Part shown: one piece after another, positions 37,752 to 50,480 of the stretch
Position numbering within the stretch: position 1 is the first letter of the stretch
Layout of the letters: each line of letters opens with the position of its first letter
NCBI GenBank assembly: GCA_012295275.1
Contig: CM022665.1
Span: forward strand, 3,100,001-3,164,000
Origin: Chrysomallon squamiferum
Taxonomy: Eukaryota; Animalia; Mollusca
Direction: 5' to 3'
DNA length: 64,000 bases
The notes under the pieces: generated by a model
The model's database searches: none
What the model saw: the letters and a program-made list of their open reading frames with translations, nothing else
Told to the model about the DNA's origin: nothing
Program-made: the position numbers and the translations under genes

Positions 37752-39039
37752 TAATAAAATAAAATAAAAAAAAATAAAAAATAAAAAATAATAATACAAA
37801 TAAAAATGTAAAATATATTTTTAAAATACTTAAAGGCATTTAAGATGCCATGTAAATAACTATGTATGGCATCAGTTCAAAGTGATGCACTGAACTGTTG
37901 TTAACTGACAGTCTTATCGAAATTCTGTTTTCACCACAAAATAATTATATTTTTAAATAAACCTTTTCAAACAATTTTCTTATCCTTATTACATCTTCAT
38001 GATAATAATATAAAATCAAATATTTTCAAATTCATAACAAAAATACCTATTGATATTTGTCCCCAAACTAATTGAATGTTAATAAAATATCAATATGTAT
38101 TTATAACAAGTGAATTATATTGATATTCTATAAAAATTAATACTTTTAATTCAACCATTAACTTTACCTTCACTCTGTTATTATTGATAATTTTATTATA
38201 TTAAACAGAAAAGAATGATTAAAAATAAGTTGCAACAGAAAACATTTATTTCTCATTTTTTGGCCAGTAAATGAATCAGTACATATGTGTTAAAAAAACT
38301 AAACACAAAACATTGATATTAAAAAAGAAATTAAGTTTCAGTATATTGTATAAAGAAGATATGAACAACACAGTATGTTACTTTCATCAATTAGCATCAA
38401 GCAAATCAACCATATTAACCCTCTCACGGGCTGGAAAGTATATACCAGACTTTCTTATTCCAAAGACAGTGGCTGAAATTGAAAAGGTTTACTCTAAGAA
38501 GGATAGATCTTTGTACCCATCAGGCCAGCATTGTACATCCAAATATCTTAGTTCCTAATGGTGCCTTACCAGTGAGGAATTTATTGTAAAAGATTGTCTA
38601 AAAGAACAATGGCAACCAAAGAGTTAATAATTAATATACCATTTTCCTGATAACAAAATAATGTGGTCTAAAATTCATGAGATGATACAAAACAGTTAAT
38701 TGCGCATGGCAAGGTGAGTCGTGAATAATTCCATTAAATAAAAGATTTAATAAATGTCTTACAGATTTTCATATAAAAACTATCTGTAAAATCCACTTCC
38801 CAAAGGATTTAAAGGTAATATAATGCAATTACTTTTCGCTCTTTAACAAAAGAGATTAGATATTTGTTGTTCTATCATTATATATATATATATACAAACA
38901 TTCCTAAAGATACACATTCTAAAATATATATATTCACAAACACATACAAATACACAGACAAAAAATAACCTTCCTAAATATATATATATATTTTAAAATG
39001 ACAGAGCTCTAAGTAATGGAAGAATATTTTAACAACAAA

Positions 39040-39114
39040 CACCCACACACACACAGACACACACACAAACAGAACAAATTTAGTACCCCCCACAAACTGT
39101 GTTTGTGGGGGGGT
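39040..39114 (+). mobile_element. Possible 3' remnant of a Helentron/HINE-like non-autonomous element
   Basis: A (CA/CAGA) microsatellite is followed by a 12-bp GC-rich palindrome CCCCCCACAAAC-tgt-GTTTGTGGGGGG (39086-39112), the usual terminal layout of DINE-1/HINE-type elements. Confidence 0.45.
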
Positions 39115-39873
39115 TTACACTAGATAAATATTATAATGTAACAGTTAATGAGAAAAATAATCACTTATAACAGGACAGTGTTTTTCCTGGTTACACTGAA
39201 CATTAACTAGAGATATATGACTTTATTATGTACAGATGGTGATGTTTGCAGAATCAATGTCATATACATTACACCCAATCAAGACTGAGATTTCATTTAC
39301 TGCTGATAATGAAATCCTCTAATATGTTCCAAAATGTCACGAAAAACCACATATAACTTAAAACAATATACCGAATAGACTGAAGATATCAGATAAAGTG
39401 TTTAATAATAAAACATTGTTGTTTTAATATACAAAGTACTAGAGAATTTATTGAGCAAATTTGGAACCAGATTTATGGTTTTACCAGTTTTCTGGACCAA
39501 GGCTTAATATATATTTATTTATTATTATTATTTTTTTTTCTTTATTAATAATAATAATAATAATAATAATATCGGGATAAATGAAAAGTAATGAAGAAAA
39601 CTATTTAATAGATACAAATTAAGTTTTAAAGGACAATTATCTGGAGGACTGTAAGTGTGTGGTATCTGTATTATTATGTTTAAGATCTGAGGATATCCCT
39701 GATATTTTATTTCATGGAAATATAAGTTATGAAAATAAAAGATAATGTTCTGAATTTTGACTTTTAAATTATTTATATACATATATATAAGATAAAAACT
39801 ACATATAAATTACTATTAAGATGAAATAGATTTGTGTTCAGACAATATTCCTATATATATATATATAAATATA

Positions 39874-39912
<39 letters not shown>

Positions 39913-40875
39913 GAGTATCACTAGTTTGTTTTTGTCATTTCAAACCAACATCTGTTGTCATAATAAAATTCACTTTTAAAAATTAGGTCAATCAATTTTA
40001 TTATAATGCTTCACTAACTTCTACTAGTATTTTAGTTACTTGTAATATTTATTTTGTTACTGTTCTTGTTTCCAGTATTCATTAATATAAATAATTAGTA
40101 GAGTGATAGTCTACATAATCATCTACATTTACATGACAGGTTCAAAAGAATAATGCATAAGTAAGATGTAAATTGAAACAATGTTAATGAAACTGTTCTA
40201 TTTTTAATAGATACACAAGTCTCAGTGATATATCACACCTGAAATAATGAGTTACGTCACAAGTAATTGAAAGTGTTTGCATTGCTTTGAAATGATCTGT
40301 TTTTAGTATTAACCAGTACAGGTGGTTATACAACAATACTGTGATTACAAAAAGCAAAATCTAATACAGTTGTTCTGTTTTGTTATTGCCAGTGAAATAA
40401 ATTTTGTTACAAATAAAACTCTTTTTTTTTTTTTTTTTTTTTCTGAGCTTATTTTGCAACTAATGCCTTGCTGTCACTTCTTTTATTAGTCATTATCTAT
40501 AATAATAATAATTAAAAAAATGAACTTTAACCGAAAGTAAGTTTCATTTCTTTTCCCACAGTAATATAATGTTTTTAAAAAGCATAAGAAGAACCAACAG
40601 ATCAAGTCATAAATATACAAAACTGAAGAACAAAAGGAATAAAGAAAGATCAAAAGAATATATGTATTGTTAGTGAAAACCACGAGCATGATGCAGAATA
40701 CAATGGTGAAATATTTATGTAAATTGAGGTCCATATGAAAACACTGCTAATTGTACAAAACAGACATCTGACATCCGTGACAAATTGAACAAAGTTTTAT
40801 AGTTGAGGAAACAAGTACAAGTCATGTTGCTGCACACTAACTTGATGAAAATTTAACACAGCTCTTGAATCTGAA

Positions 40876-41062
40876 AATATAAAACATAGTTCTTCACCCT
40901 GTGAATATAAAACAGAATTCTTCACCCTGTGAATATAAAATAATTCTTCACCCTGTGAATATAAAACAGTGAATTCTTCACCCTGTGAATATAAAACATG
41001 ATTCTTCACCCTGTGAATATAAAGAACAGTTCCTGACCCTGTGAATATAAAACATAATTCCT
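40876..41062. repeat. Minisatellite, ~6.5 copies of a 26-31 bp unit TTCTTCACCCTGTGAATATAAAAC(N)
   Basis: Direct reading; near-identical units with only 0-5 variable bases between them. Confidence 0.95.
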
Positions 41063-41250
41063 GTTCCAGCCAAAGCTCGCAAATGATTTATGAAATTTTT
41101 GTATCTTCTTGGTGTGTAGGATGGTGCTAATCCAGTGCAAGTAAAGGTTTGTTTTTCAGTACACTGACTTTATTTCCATACACAGTTTTTAATTTCAACT
41201 GCAGATAATAAACGTTATTTTAGACATTGTTTTATTGAAAGCATTCAGTA

Positions 41251-41534
41251 CAGGGTGCCCAGTATGTCGCTCGCCAATGTAGTGTGGGTAGATTGCAGGG
41301 TAGATTGCACGCCATTCAGTGCAAGTCATCAGAATCAGGTAGTGACCACAAATGTATTCAGTTGTAAAGGGTTCATGCAGTGATGCAAGGTGCACCAGCA
41401 TATACTGTATATATTCAAAGTATACTCAGTACATATGTAAATAAATATATTTAACATTTTTTAATGCAGGTAGATCATATTGACCAGGTCATTTTAAAAG
41501 TAGCTTGCAAGCTGAAAAAGTGTGGGCACTGCTG
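41251..41534. mobile_element. Decayed non-autonomous hAT (Charlie-like) MITE
   Basis: Imperfect TIRs CAGGGTGCCCA ... TGGGCACTGCTG; 8-bp flanks ATTCAGTA / ATTTAATA match at 6 of 8, consistent with a decayed hAT TSD; repeated internal GGTAGAT motifs. Confidence 0.6.
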
Positions 41535-42043
41535 ATTTAATATGATATAACTCTTACATAAAAGAAAAGAAGATCCTAGTTTATTATAAAAACATAATTT
41601 ACGGTTAATGAAACCTGATACTAATTTTGTAAATTTATTTAGCTTTAAGTAATAGTATAGTAAGTAAACATTTAAATAAACATACTCGTATATTATGTTC
41701 TCAAATGAAGTGTAAATACACTGAAACTTGTATTTTATATAAATAATTTTAATAATTTGTGTATTTTTGTTTCCTTTTTCAAAATTAACTTCTAATTACC
41801 TTTCTTACATTTCAGCACCCTGTATAACACCATTTTTATACACATGAAGGTTATTTTAAGCTGAAAAGCCAAAAATAATAATATAAAATTAACAAAATAC
41901 TTTGTATATGCACATAAACACATGTACAAATATTATGTGTGTGTGTGGTATTTGTATGTGTATATGTGTACAGCATACTCTGTTGTCTTGAAGTTAGACA
42001 AAAAAATAAATAAAATACACACATGCATATGTACATATACAAG

Positions 42044-42086
<43 letters not shown>

Positions 42087-42716
42087 TAATGGGATGCATG
42101 CTAGGTGCATTTAAAATTTACTACATCTGATTCATCATTAAGGTTATACATAGAACCCAGCTATTACTTTCTCACAAAAACGTCTAGTTTTTCAGAAATT
42201 GTGGATCAAACCCTGATCATGATAACAAATGTAGGTAATAAATAAATGTCCTATTTGTAAATGTCAGTTAGTGCAGTGAAATACACACTGTTACATAAAA
42301 CTCCATCTAGTGACATATGGCTTTAGTAGTATTGTCATTTTCTTTCTCTTTTTCTCATCAGTCATTCATTCATATATTATCAGTTATTTCTCTTTTTTTT
42401 CTTTCTTTTTTTTATTATTATTTTCTTTTGCAGTCTATTCTTATATTTATATTGTATAATAAATATATAAAAATAAAAAGGTCACAGAATATATTTCTTT
42501 ATATATGAAAACAGTGTTCAAAATGAAAAACTGGAAACATTCTTAATAAATCACTTTGTACATAGATGAAATATAAATTTAATGAACATAAAGAAATGCA
42601 GTTAATATAGATGAATACACCTAAAGTGTTATTACAAATAACATTTCTATCATTTTATTTCTGGTATATATATATAATTATGTGGCTGAAGCTGCAATTA
42701 TATCAAATTCTGTGAT

Positions 42717-42855
42717 TTCTATTTCAAATTCATTTAATTCAGTTCCTATTTCAAATCCTGTTAATTTAATTCCTATTTCAAATCCAGTTAATTTAATTCC
42801 TATTTCAAATCCCGTTAATTTAACTCCTGTTTCAAATTCAGTGAACTTAATTTCC
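42717..42855. repeat. Minisatellite, ~5 copies of a 27-bp unit TCCTATTTCAAATCCNGTTAATTTAAT
   Basis: Direct reading. Confidence 0.9.
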
Positions 42856-43386
42856 ATGTGAAATCAGCTCTGTATTGAGAACTGTATGTGGCATCAACAA
42901 GTAAAACGGCAGAGAGTGCCTGAGTGCCAAACACTGGGTGCCTCATTAATTCTCATTTGAAAAGTTAGCTGCTAATAGCAGAGATGTGCACTTGCAAGCA
43001 TCACTTGATAAACACATTGATGACGTTATTTTGGCACACAGTCCTGTCCACTTATCTCTTCATCAGCTTCTGTTTTACACTATCAGTCAAAAAATATCTT
43101 TCATTTAGAAAACACACACATACACATACACATGTGCATGTACATACATATATGTATATATATATAATAATTTTTTTCCTCGATTTTTTTTATCATTTCT
43201 AATTCTGTATTGAGAAAACTGTTTTTAGTCATGATTTTATTGAATTAATTCCATGATTTAATTACATATCAGAGGTAATTATTTTTAAAAATTTTTTAAA
43301 AAAAGGAGTCAAGAAAGTAATGCTTGGATTTGCATGGAGTTTGATTTTACTGAAATATTAGCTTTCAGTATGCGTTTATGTGTGTG

Positions 43387-43422
<36 letters not shown>

Positions 43423-43738
43423 GGTGAATGGGTGTGTATGTGTGTGTAAAAATATCTGCAACATTTGGTTTTAATAGCTGAAGAAGAATATTTTTCAGTA
43501 GTCACACAAACAGAAGAATTTAAAACAGAAAAAAGTAAATAATACAGCTGTACACAGTGACATTCAGATAAATCAGTGGTGTTTAATTCAAAAATAACAA
43601 ACTGAAAAAAGAATAAAGCTGTAATCAGAAGTTCAAAAATATGTGTAAGACGCTTTCTTTTTAATGATGTGAGTTTTGTTTTTCAGTTCAAACTTTACTT
43701 TCATTACTTCATGATAGGCAGTGATAACTTCTAAAATA

Positions 43739-43740
<2 letters not shown>

Positions 43741-43796
<56 letters not shown>
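43741..43796. repeat. (TC)n microsatellite
   Basis: Direct reading of the run. Confidence 0.97.
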
Positions 43797-43799
<3 letters not shown>

Positions 43800-44758
43800 G
43801 TATTATATACATCATGCATACACAAACAGTTTGCTTTGAATAAATCACTGCTGATCTGCAAGAAAGTAAACAGTCTAATTTGGTACCAGGCTTATGAATT
43901 TACCATCATTTATTACACTGCACCTCTCAAGTCCTTTTTATAACCACATTCTTCATATATAGATATATATATATATAAAAATATATATTAAAAACATGAC
44001 ATAAATAAAACTAAATCAATATTTGGACAGTAAAAAACATTTTCAACAGAATCACTGTTTTACTTTTCACTCTCTTGTTTTAAAGCAATGTTACTGGGTT
44101 AGTAGTAAATACCACCAGACAAAAATGAGAACAGAATGTCAGTCTATTTCTTATCAAATTTGCTTTGATCATGGGTGAATGAAAAATGTGACTAATAACC
44201 GGAATCAGTATGAAATTTGACTATGGGTGTTCTATATTTCTTCATGCCAAAGTAATGCTCAATGGATGTCTGCTGACATCACAAGACTGGCACCAGTCCA
44301 AAGTGATTACCTCAAGTGGTTTTGGTTGCACAGTGTTGCCCAACTGAACAACATCTGCCAATCTAAACTATGTACGCCTGAGGTCAAGGTCATTTACGTA
44401 TATCTTACAGGTGTAAGGTATATTCTTGGCATGAGAAAAGGTAAAATAACATTTGTTATTAAACTTAATTTTTTATATAAGCCGAAAACTGTCTTTAATT
44501 AAAACTTCATGTTAGAAGATCAAATAGTAATAAAACAGTAAAAAGGTGAGAAAGTAATTTAGACAGAAGAAAAACATCCTAAATAATTGTTTTTTAACCA
44601 TAGTAAACATATTAAGTACACTAATGTTTCAGGGGAAAAAAAAAAAAAATAGTGTTCATTAGGTCTTCTTCAGTACTGTTAAAAATAAGATAAACTGTGT
44701 TAAAAATGCAAGGAACTGAGTCAGTGAACATACCACCATACTTATAACTGAGAAAAAG

Positions 44759-45025
44759 AGGAAATGTTTACACTCATCACATTTTATGTGCATTTATATT
44801 ACATCAGAAATGAAATTAATTACCACTCAGATGATGTGAGAGGAAACCCAGTGCCTTCACTTTATTCCAGTTAGCAGCAAAGGATTTTTTATATGTACCA
44901 TCCCATGAACACACATGTGTATATACACTGTGGTCTTTGTTACATCAATTATGAAATAGTTCAATAGGTCCACAAAGTGGGTTTGATCTGATGTCCCACC
45001 ATGAGCAGATATTCTACCACTGAAC
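44759..45025 (-). mobile_element. Decayed tRNA-derived SINE copy
   Basis: TTAGCAGCAAAGGATTTTTTATAT (44871-44894) matches the reverse complement of 57739-57760 and matches 61006-61025. GAGAGGAAACC (44838-44848) is the reverse complement of 52493-52503. Confidence 0.65.
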
Positions 45026-45244
45026 AATTTTCCACACCCTCTAAAGTATGAGAAATAAACTGTGTTTAGTGTATGAAATGTTTACAGTCAAACTTGCCTC
45101 TTAACGTATCACGTTGTTTGTAAAAAAATAGTAAAACAAAATAAACATAATTAAATGCCATATTAGATTAAAACCTTTGAAGTATTTATCAGAATAAAAC
45201 TCCAAAAATCTAAGTATTACTGCATCCATTTTATTAAAAGGTGG

Positions 45245-45279
<35 letters not shown>

Positions 45280-45337
45280 AAAAAAATTAAAAATAACAAC
45301 ACCCATACTGAACTATATGAAGATAATTAATTAAAAC

Positions 45338-45371
<34 letters not shown>

Positions 45372-47785
45372 CTCTCAGTACAGAATTAGAATAAAATGTA
45401 AGAAGAAAATCTTTAATAAGCTAAAAGCAAACTGCAAAACTCACATTAAGATTTCTTAGTTATGTGAACCGTTTTGTGCAGTATAAAAACTATAAATCAA
45501 ACATTTCTGTATTTGCCAGTTCCAACAAGCAATAACGTGTTGTACATGTACAAGCAGCTCATTCAAAGACGGTAAAAATCATCACCGATTGCACCCCAGT
45601 GACCACAGAGCCAAACTATCTGTTAAACAAGGAAACCACAGAAGCTTGGGGGCTATGGCCAAGTGGTCCAGTTTGTTTATGAAGGCTGTTAACAGCAACA
45701 CCTGGTTCTCTGGACCACAGTCCATGCTGAGAGAACAACATGAAATGTTAGCACAGATACGATTCCCTGCAGACTGAACTAGTCAGCCCATAATAAATCA
45801 TAATTTGCTGTATTTATTTTTTGACAATATGTATGAAGCGTTCATAAACAATAAATAAGAGAGACACTAGTCATTCCTGTGTCAGTATGAAGAACCAAAT
45901 GATGCCCATTGCCAATGCCAAACACTCGAGTGTGTGCAGGTGTGGTATTTCTACCAGTTCAGAGCTGGTTGTGGCAGAAAATGACTTGCACCATTAACCG
46001 TTTCAGAGTGGAATGTTAACTAAACCTAAGAGGGTGAATAACAGAACTAATGTGAAAAGCTTAGCAGAAAAATGCATCATCATACTTACCTTGGTAAGTA
46101 ACTGTTTACTTCAAGATAAATTCAGTATTAAGATTCCAGAATTAAAAACTTCAGAGATTATACAAAATCTCATCTGTAAGTGTATCTTCCATTAATTTAA
46201 ACTGTTTCTTGTCGTTATTTCCTTTCTTTTCTCTTTGTGTTCATCTATCTCTCTCTCTCTCTCTCCCTGTCTCTCTCACATACACATTTGCAATATTTTT
46301 CTTCAATTCTATTTTCTTTTCTGTCATTTTCACTGTCTCCATCCATTTTTTATATATAAAAAAATATATAATTTGTTATAATATTAAAAATGATGATGCA
46401 CATAAATAAAATATTTATGTTGTGTATTAAAAACAATGATATATATATGCTGTGTATTAAAAACAATGATGTGTATAAATAGTAATCTTTTAATATCAAG
46501 TCTCGTGTTACTGTTTTTCAATCTGTGATGACACCTCAGAGACTAACAGATTTAAACATGATGTTGTTATTTTTAAAGTCATGCGGAGAAACAACATAAC
46601 CTCTGCAGGAATTTCTACATCATATCTGCTGTCCACGTGCTGGTCAAACACATTCTTTCAAAGTGAACTATGTCACCACCGTCCAGCATGCAAACTTTAA
46701 CAAACTCGTCTCTGTCACAGCCTAAGAATAACAACCAAACATACTAACTGCAACCATAAATCATTTCATCAAAAGAACTTCTCTTAGCGTTTGCTTCCAC
46801 TGAAAAGTTGAGACAAAAGAAGATACATTCAAGATGTTAGTTCAGCTGTTGTTACCTCCTCAGATTTCAGCTTAAAAAATAAAAAAATAAAATAAAAAAT
46901 AAAAAATTAACTTTAATTTGATGGGGAATCACTTAATGATTTCAGGTATCTTAATTCAAAGAGTTCATGTTTCATCTTCTGCTGGAGAAAATGAAAGGAG
47001 TAATGTATAATTATTAATGAAACAGTTATAGCAGATTTAATTATAAAAAAATTGTGTATTTAAAAAGGGTACTGGAAACCTTATCTTTGGTTGCTTAAGA
47101 CAAATGAACATGTTTAATTTTTTATGACATTTATATTTGGGTTTTTTCACTCTGTTTCCAGTAATACTGAACTGTGATTATTTTTAGATACAGAATATGT
47201 AATTTACTTCATTTTTGTAAAGTTTGTGATGTATCAATACACATCATAGATGATTTCTGGATGTACTTCAATACACTTCATTCGTGGTTATTCTGGATTT
47301 GAAGGTAGCATAATTAATTTCATTTACAGTTTCTAGACGTACAGTACCCATTATACATTATTATAATAATTCCTAGCTGTACTAATATTTCACCTCTTTG
47401 TTCAGATATTGTCTTTCAACTTACTTCTTACATGAAAGGAGGGGAAGGTATTTGAAAGAAAATTCTTCCTCCCATCACAAGTGACCACACTTTTAAAACA
47501 ATGTATCCTACTCAGTGTGGTTAAAGCAAAATAATAAATAAACTTATTGCTTTGTTTTGTTTGCAAGTTAATCCCAGCTAGACCATGCAGGCGCTTTTAT
47601 GTGGACCAGCTGCTTCTGTTTCCTATCAGGACATCTTTACAAGTAATGTCTAGGGGACGCCCCTTTATATATAAATTCCACATGCCTGGACATGTGTCAG
47701 CATCATCTTCATACTCACAACTTTCCTTGTTCTTTGTACCAGCAAACATTATCTGCTGCAGCCAGTCACACTGATGCTGTGTCCA

Positions 47786-47897
47786 CATACAGTGCTTATT
47801 TCTTTACACTGGTCTACTTACCTGTTCTCAGTTCTTTACACTAATGTCTGTACAGTGCTTGTTCCTTTACACTGGTCTACATACAGTGCTTGTTTCT
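47786..47897. repeat. Diverged ~31-bp tandem repeat, ~3.5 copies
   Basis: Recurrent TACAGTGCTT(A/G)TT(T/C)CTTTACACTGGTCTAC. Confidence 0.75.
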
Positions 47898-49342
47898 CTA
47901 TACCACAAAATAATGACATCTGCATTATTGAATATCCTTCCAACCAAATAATAAGTCTTACAAAGATATTTCAAAAACTTCTAATAGACTAATTATCTTA
48001 TTTGTTTGAACTACTTAATTTGATATATTTTTCTTACATTTGAATCTCAGTGGGAAAAGAATAGATTATAACTTTGAAACATTAACTGTATCATTAGTAT
48101 TTATTTTATCCATATCTATAATTAAAAAAATAAGTCAGACAATTAATTTACTCTTATGTAAACAGAAAAGTATATAATGTTGCTGTGAATACATTGTTAG
48201 GGTTTGTTTTTATTCTTTTATAAAGAATGTTTCAACAGAGAGAAATATTAAATAATAAAACAAATATACAGCAAAGAAAATTACTATGCTTATTTAAATT
48301 GATCAGTTTGAGTTTTAAATTATTTTGTTTTCTCAGCAGAGTCACATCTGACCTTTTCTATTAAACATATAGATTATCTAAAGGTTTGTTTTAATTATTA
48401 AAATATTATAAGTTATTTGCAGAGAAAATCTTTCAGATGAAATCTGCTGTATTATTCTGTTAACAGAAAATAATATAGTACCTCTGTTATAAGCTGCTGG
48501 ACAATCATTAAAAATGGGAATCACTGAATGGATTCAGTTCTTAGACAGATCATCTTGAGAAAGTGCTTTATCACTGGGCAGTGTTTATGACACGCAGCAC
48601 AAGAACTGACACCACTAAAATCAGGATCAGAGAGATCTCTGCTTATGACTGTCTGCACCAAGAAACCAAAGATTTTAATGTATCACTTTCATGATGCTGT
48701 AAGCCATGTGGAGGAAATCTCAGAGCTTCGCTTTCCATTTTAGCTGACTCCATCATGTTGGAGAAATTCTTTTACTGCTAGCAAGAGAATATTTTTAAAT
48801 ACAGACTATTTTTGCTACATATAAACCAAAAACCTTTGAATAAATGTAATAAGCTGGCCTAGATACAGGTTTAGTTATGTCATTATGAAACCTTGTATAA
48901 AGAATCACTCTTTGTGAATGAAAGATATTTTTCTTCTTTTTTTTTTTCCTTCTATATTTTCAGAAGGTTTACATCTGTTTATTTATATGTAAGTACCGGT
49001 CAGTCTGAATCATTCCAGCCAAAGCTATAAACAGTAAGCACACACTGACCGCTGTCCAGACACAAACCCATTGACACATCATAAAACACTCACATCAGAA
49101 TACCACAGACATGCAACATTAGACTTTTCAGCACCTTCATTTACTACAATATAAAACTGACCATTTTTCTCTGATGATGAAAAGAAATATCCAGAACTAA
49201 TAAAAGAAGATCTGACAGCAGTTACTTCTTAGTACAAATAAAAATTCTCTTCTGACTCGAATGCTAACCTTTGCTAATTCAGTTCCGTATAATCTAATAA
49301 CGGTTTTGATTCATTCACATGGTGAAAGTAATGAATATCAGT

Positions 49343-49384
<42 letters not shown>

Positions 49385-50344
49385 TTAATAGTAATAATAA
49401 TGTTAATAGTTATAATAATACCTGTAATAATTGCAATAATAACATCTATGATAATGATAATGTTAATAATAATTTCAGAATTCATCGGTTATGTTTCAAA
49501 GATGTTTCTGGAGTACACATAGTCATCAGTAATGAATGAATTACTTATTTATATTTATTAATAACACTGTATTCTGTTTTATTTCTGACAGAGATTTTCA
49601 CTCTGTTAACCAAACGTCCAGTCTACATGATGAGCAGTGAAGGTTTTATGATCTGAGTTAGGGAAACATGAAGAGTGAAGTAAAAAGACTGAAAATAAAA
49701 AAGGAAGGTCAGAAGGAGAGAAAAGAAGCAATAAAAAGAGAGAGTTGGTAATTAAATTTTGTATTTTAGTATAAGTGTTTTTTATATTCATGTTATACAA
49801 GTGTCCATGTGTGTGTGTATTTTAATATATGTGAATGTGTGTATGTATGTGTGCATATGTGCATATGTCTGTGTTAGTCTGTGTATTTGTATATGTATTA
49901 GTCTGTGTGTTTGTGTGTGTGTGTGTGTGTGCCGATACTAACATATTCATCTGACATTTAGATTCATACAGCAACTTGATCTATAACATTTTCTCAAACA
50001 TACCTTTTCTTACACATCCAGTATCAAATTAAAAATACTAATAACTTTACAATGCTGTCTCAGTTTTTTTAGTTTGTTTTTTAAATATTTGTAAATACAA
50101 AAAATTATAAATTATACATATTTTGGATTTTGTTTCTAATTATGTACTATGTTTTGAATGTTTATTTTTGTTTTTGTCCATAATCTTGTTAGTGCCAGGC
50201 CCAGGCATGTGTCAACAGATTTGATTGGTCAGTCAGGCACAACAGAAGTGATGTCTGCTTCTTGAAAAACATCCTAGATTTCAAACACAGCCATCTGGTG
50301 TTGGATTCATCCTACAGGCAGACTATGAAATACATGTGGTGGAG

Positions 50345-50480
50345 AGACAAAGGCAAAAGATAAAGTATGCTAAGATAAGGAAAAAGATAAAATAAAATAA
50401 AAAATGCTGAGATAAGGCAAATGATAAAAAAAGAATGCTAGGATAAGGCAAAATATAAAGTATTCTGAAATAAGGAAAAC
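50345..50480. repeat. Purine-rich diverged tandem repeat
   Basis: Recurrent ATGCT(A/G)(A/G)GATAAGG(C/A)AAA, 4-5 copies. Confidence 0.7.

Noticed and set aside
38415-38627. TTAA-CCCT...AGAG-TTAA piggyBac-like MITE
   Set aside because: Terminal complementarity is only a few bases and TTAA is common in AT-rich DNA.
40876-41062. CRISPR-like array of ~25-bp direct repeats
   Set aside because: No unique spacers (0-5 nt between units), no cas genes, eukaryotic context; it is a minisatellite.
46082-46100. ATACTTACCT resembling the U1 snRNA 5' end; palindrome TACTTACC-tt-GGTAAGTA
   Set aside because: Similarity ends after ~10 nt with no U1 body, and the flanking minus-strand exon candidate is closed in all three frames.
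49261-49539. Poly-Asn/poly-Ile ORFs, and similar poly-F/K/Y/CV/HT ORFs throughout the window
   Set aside because: Translations of (AAT)n, (GT)n and homopolymer tracts.
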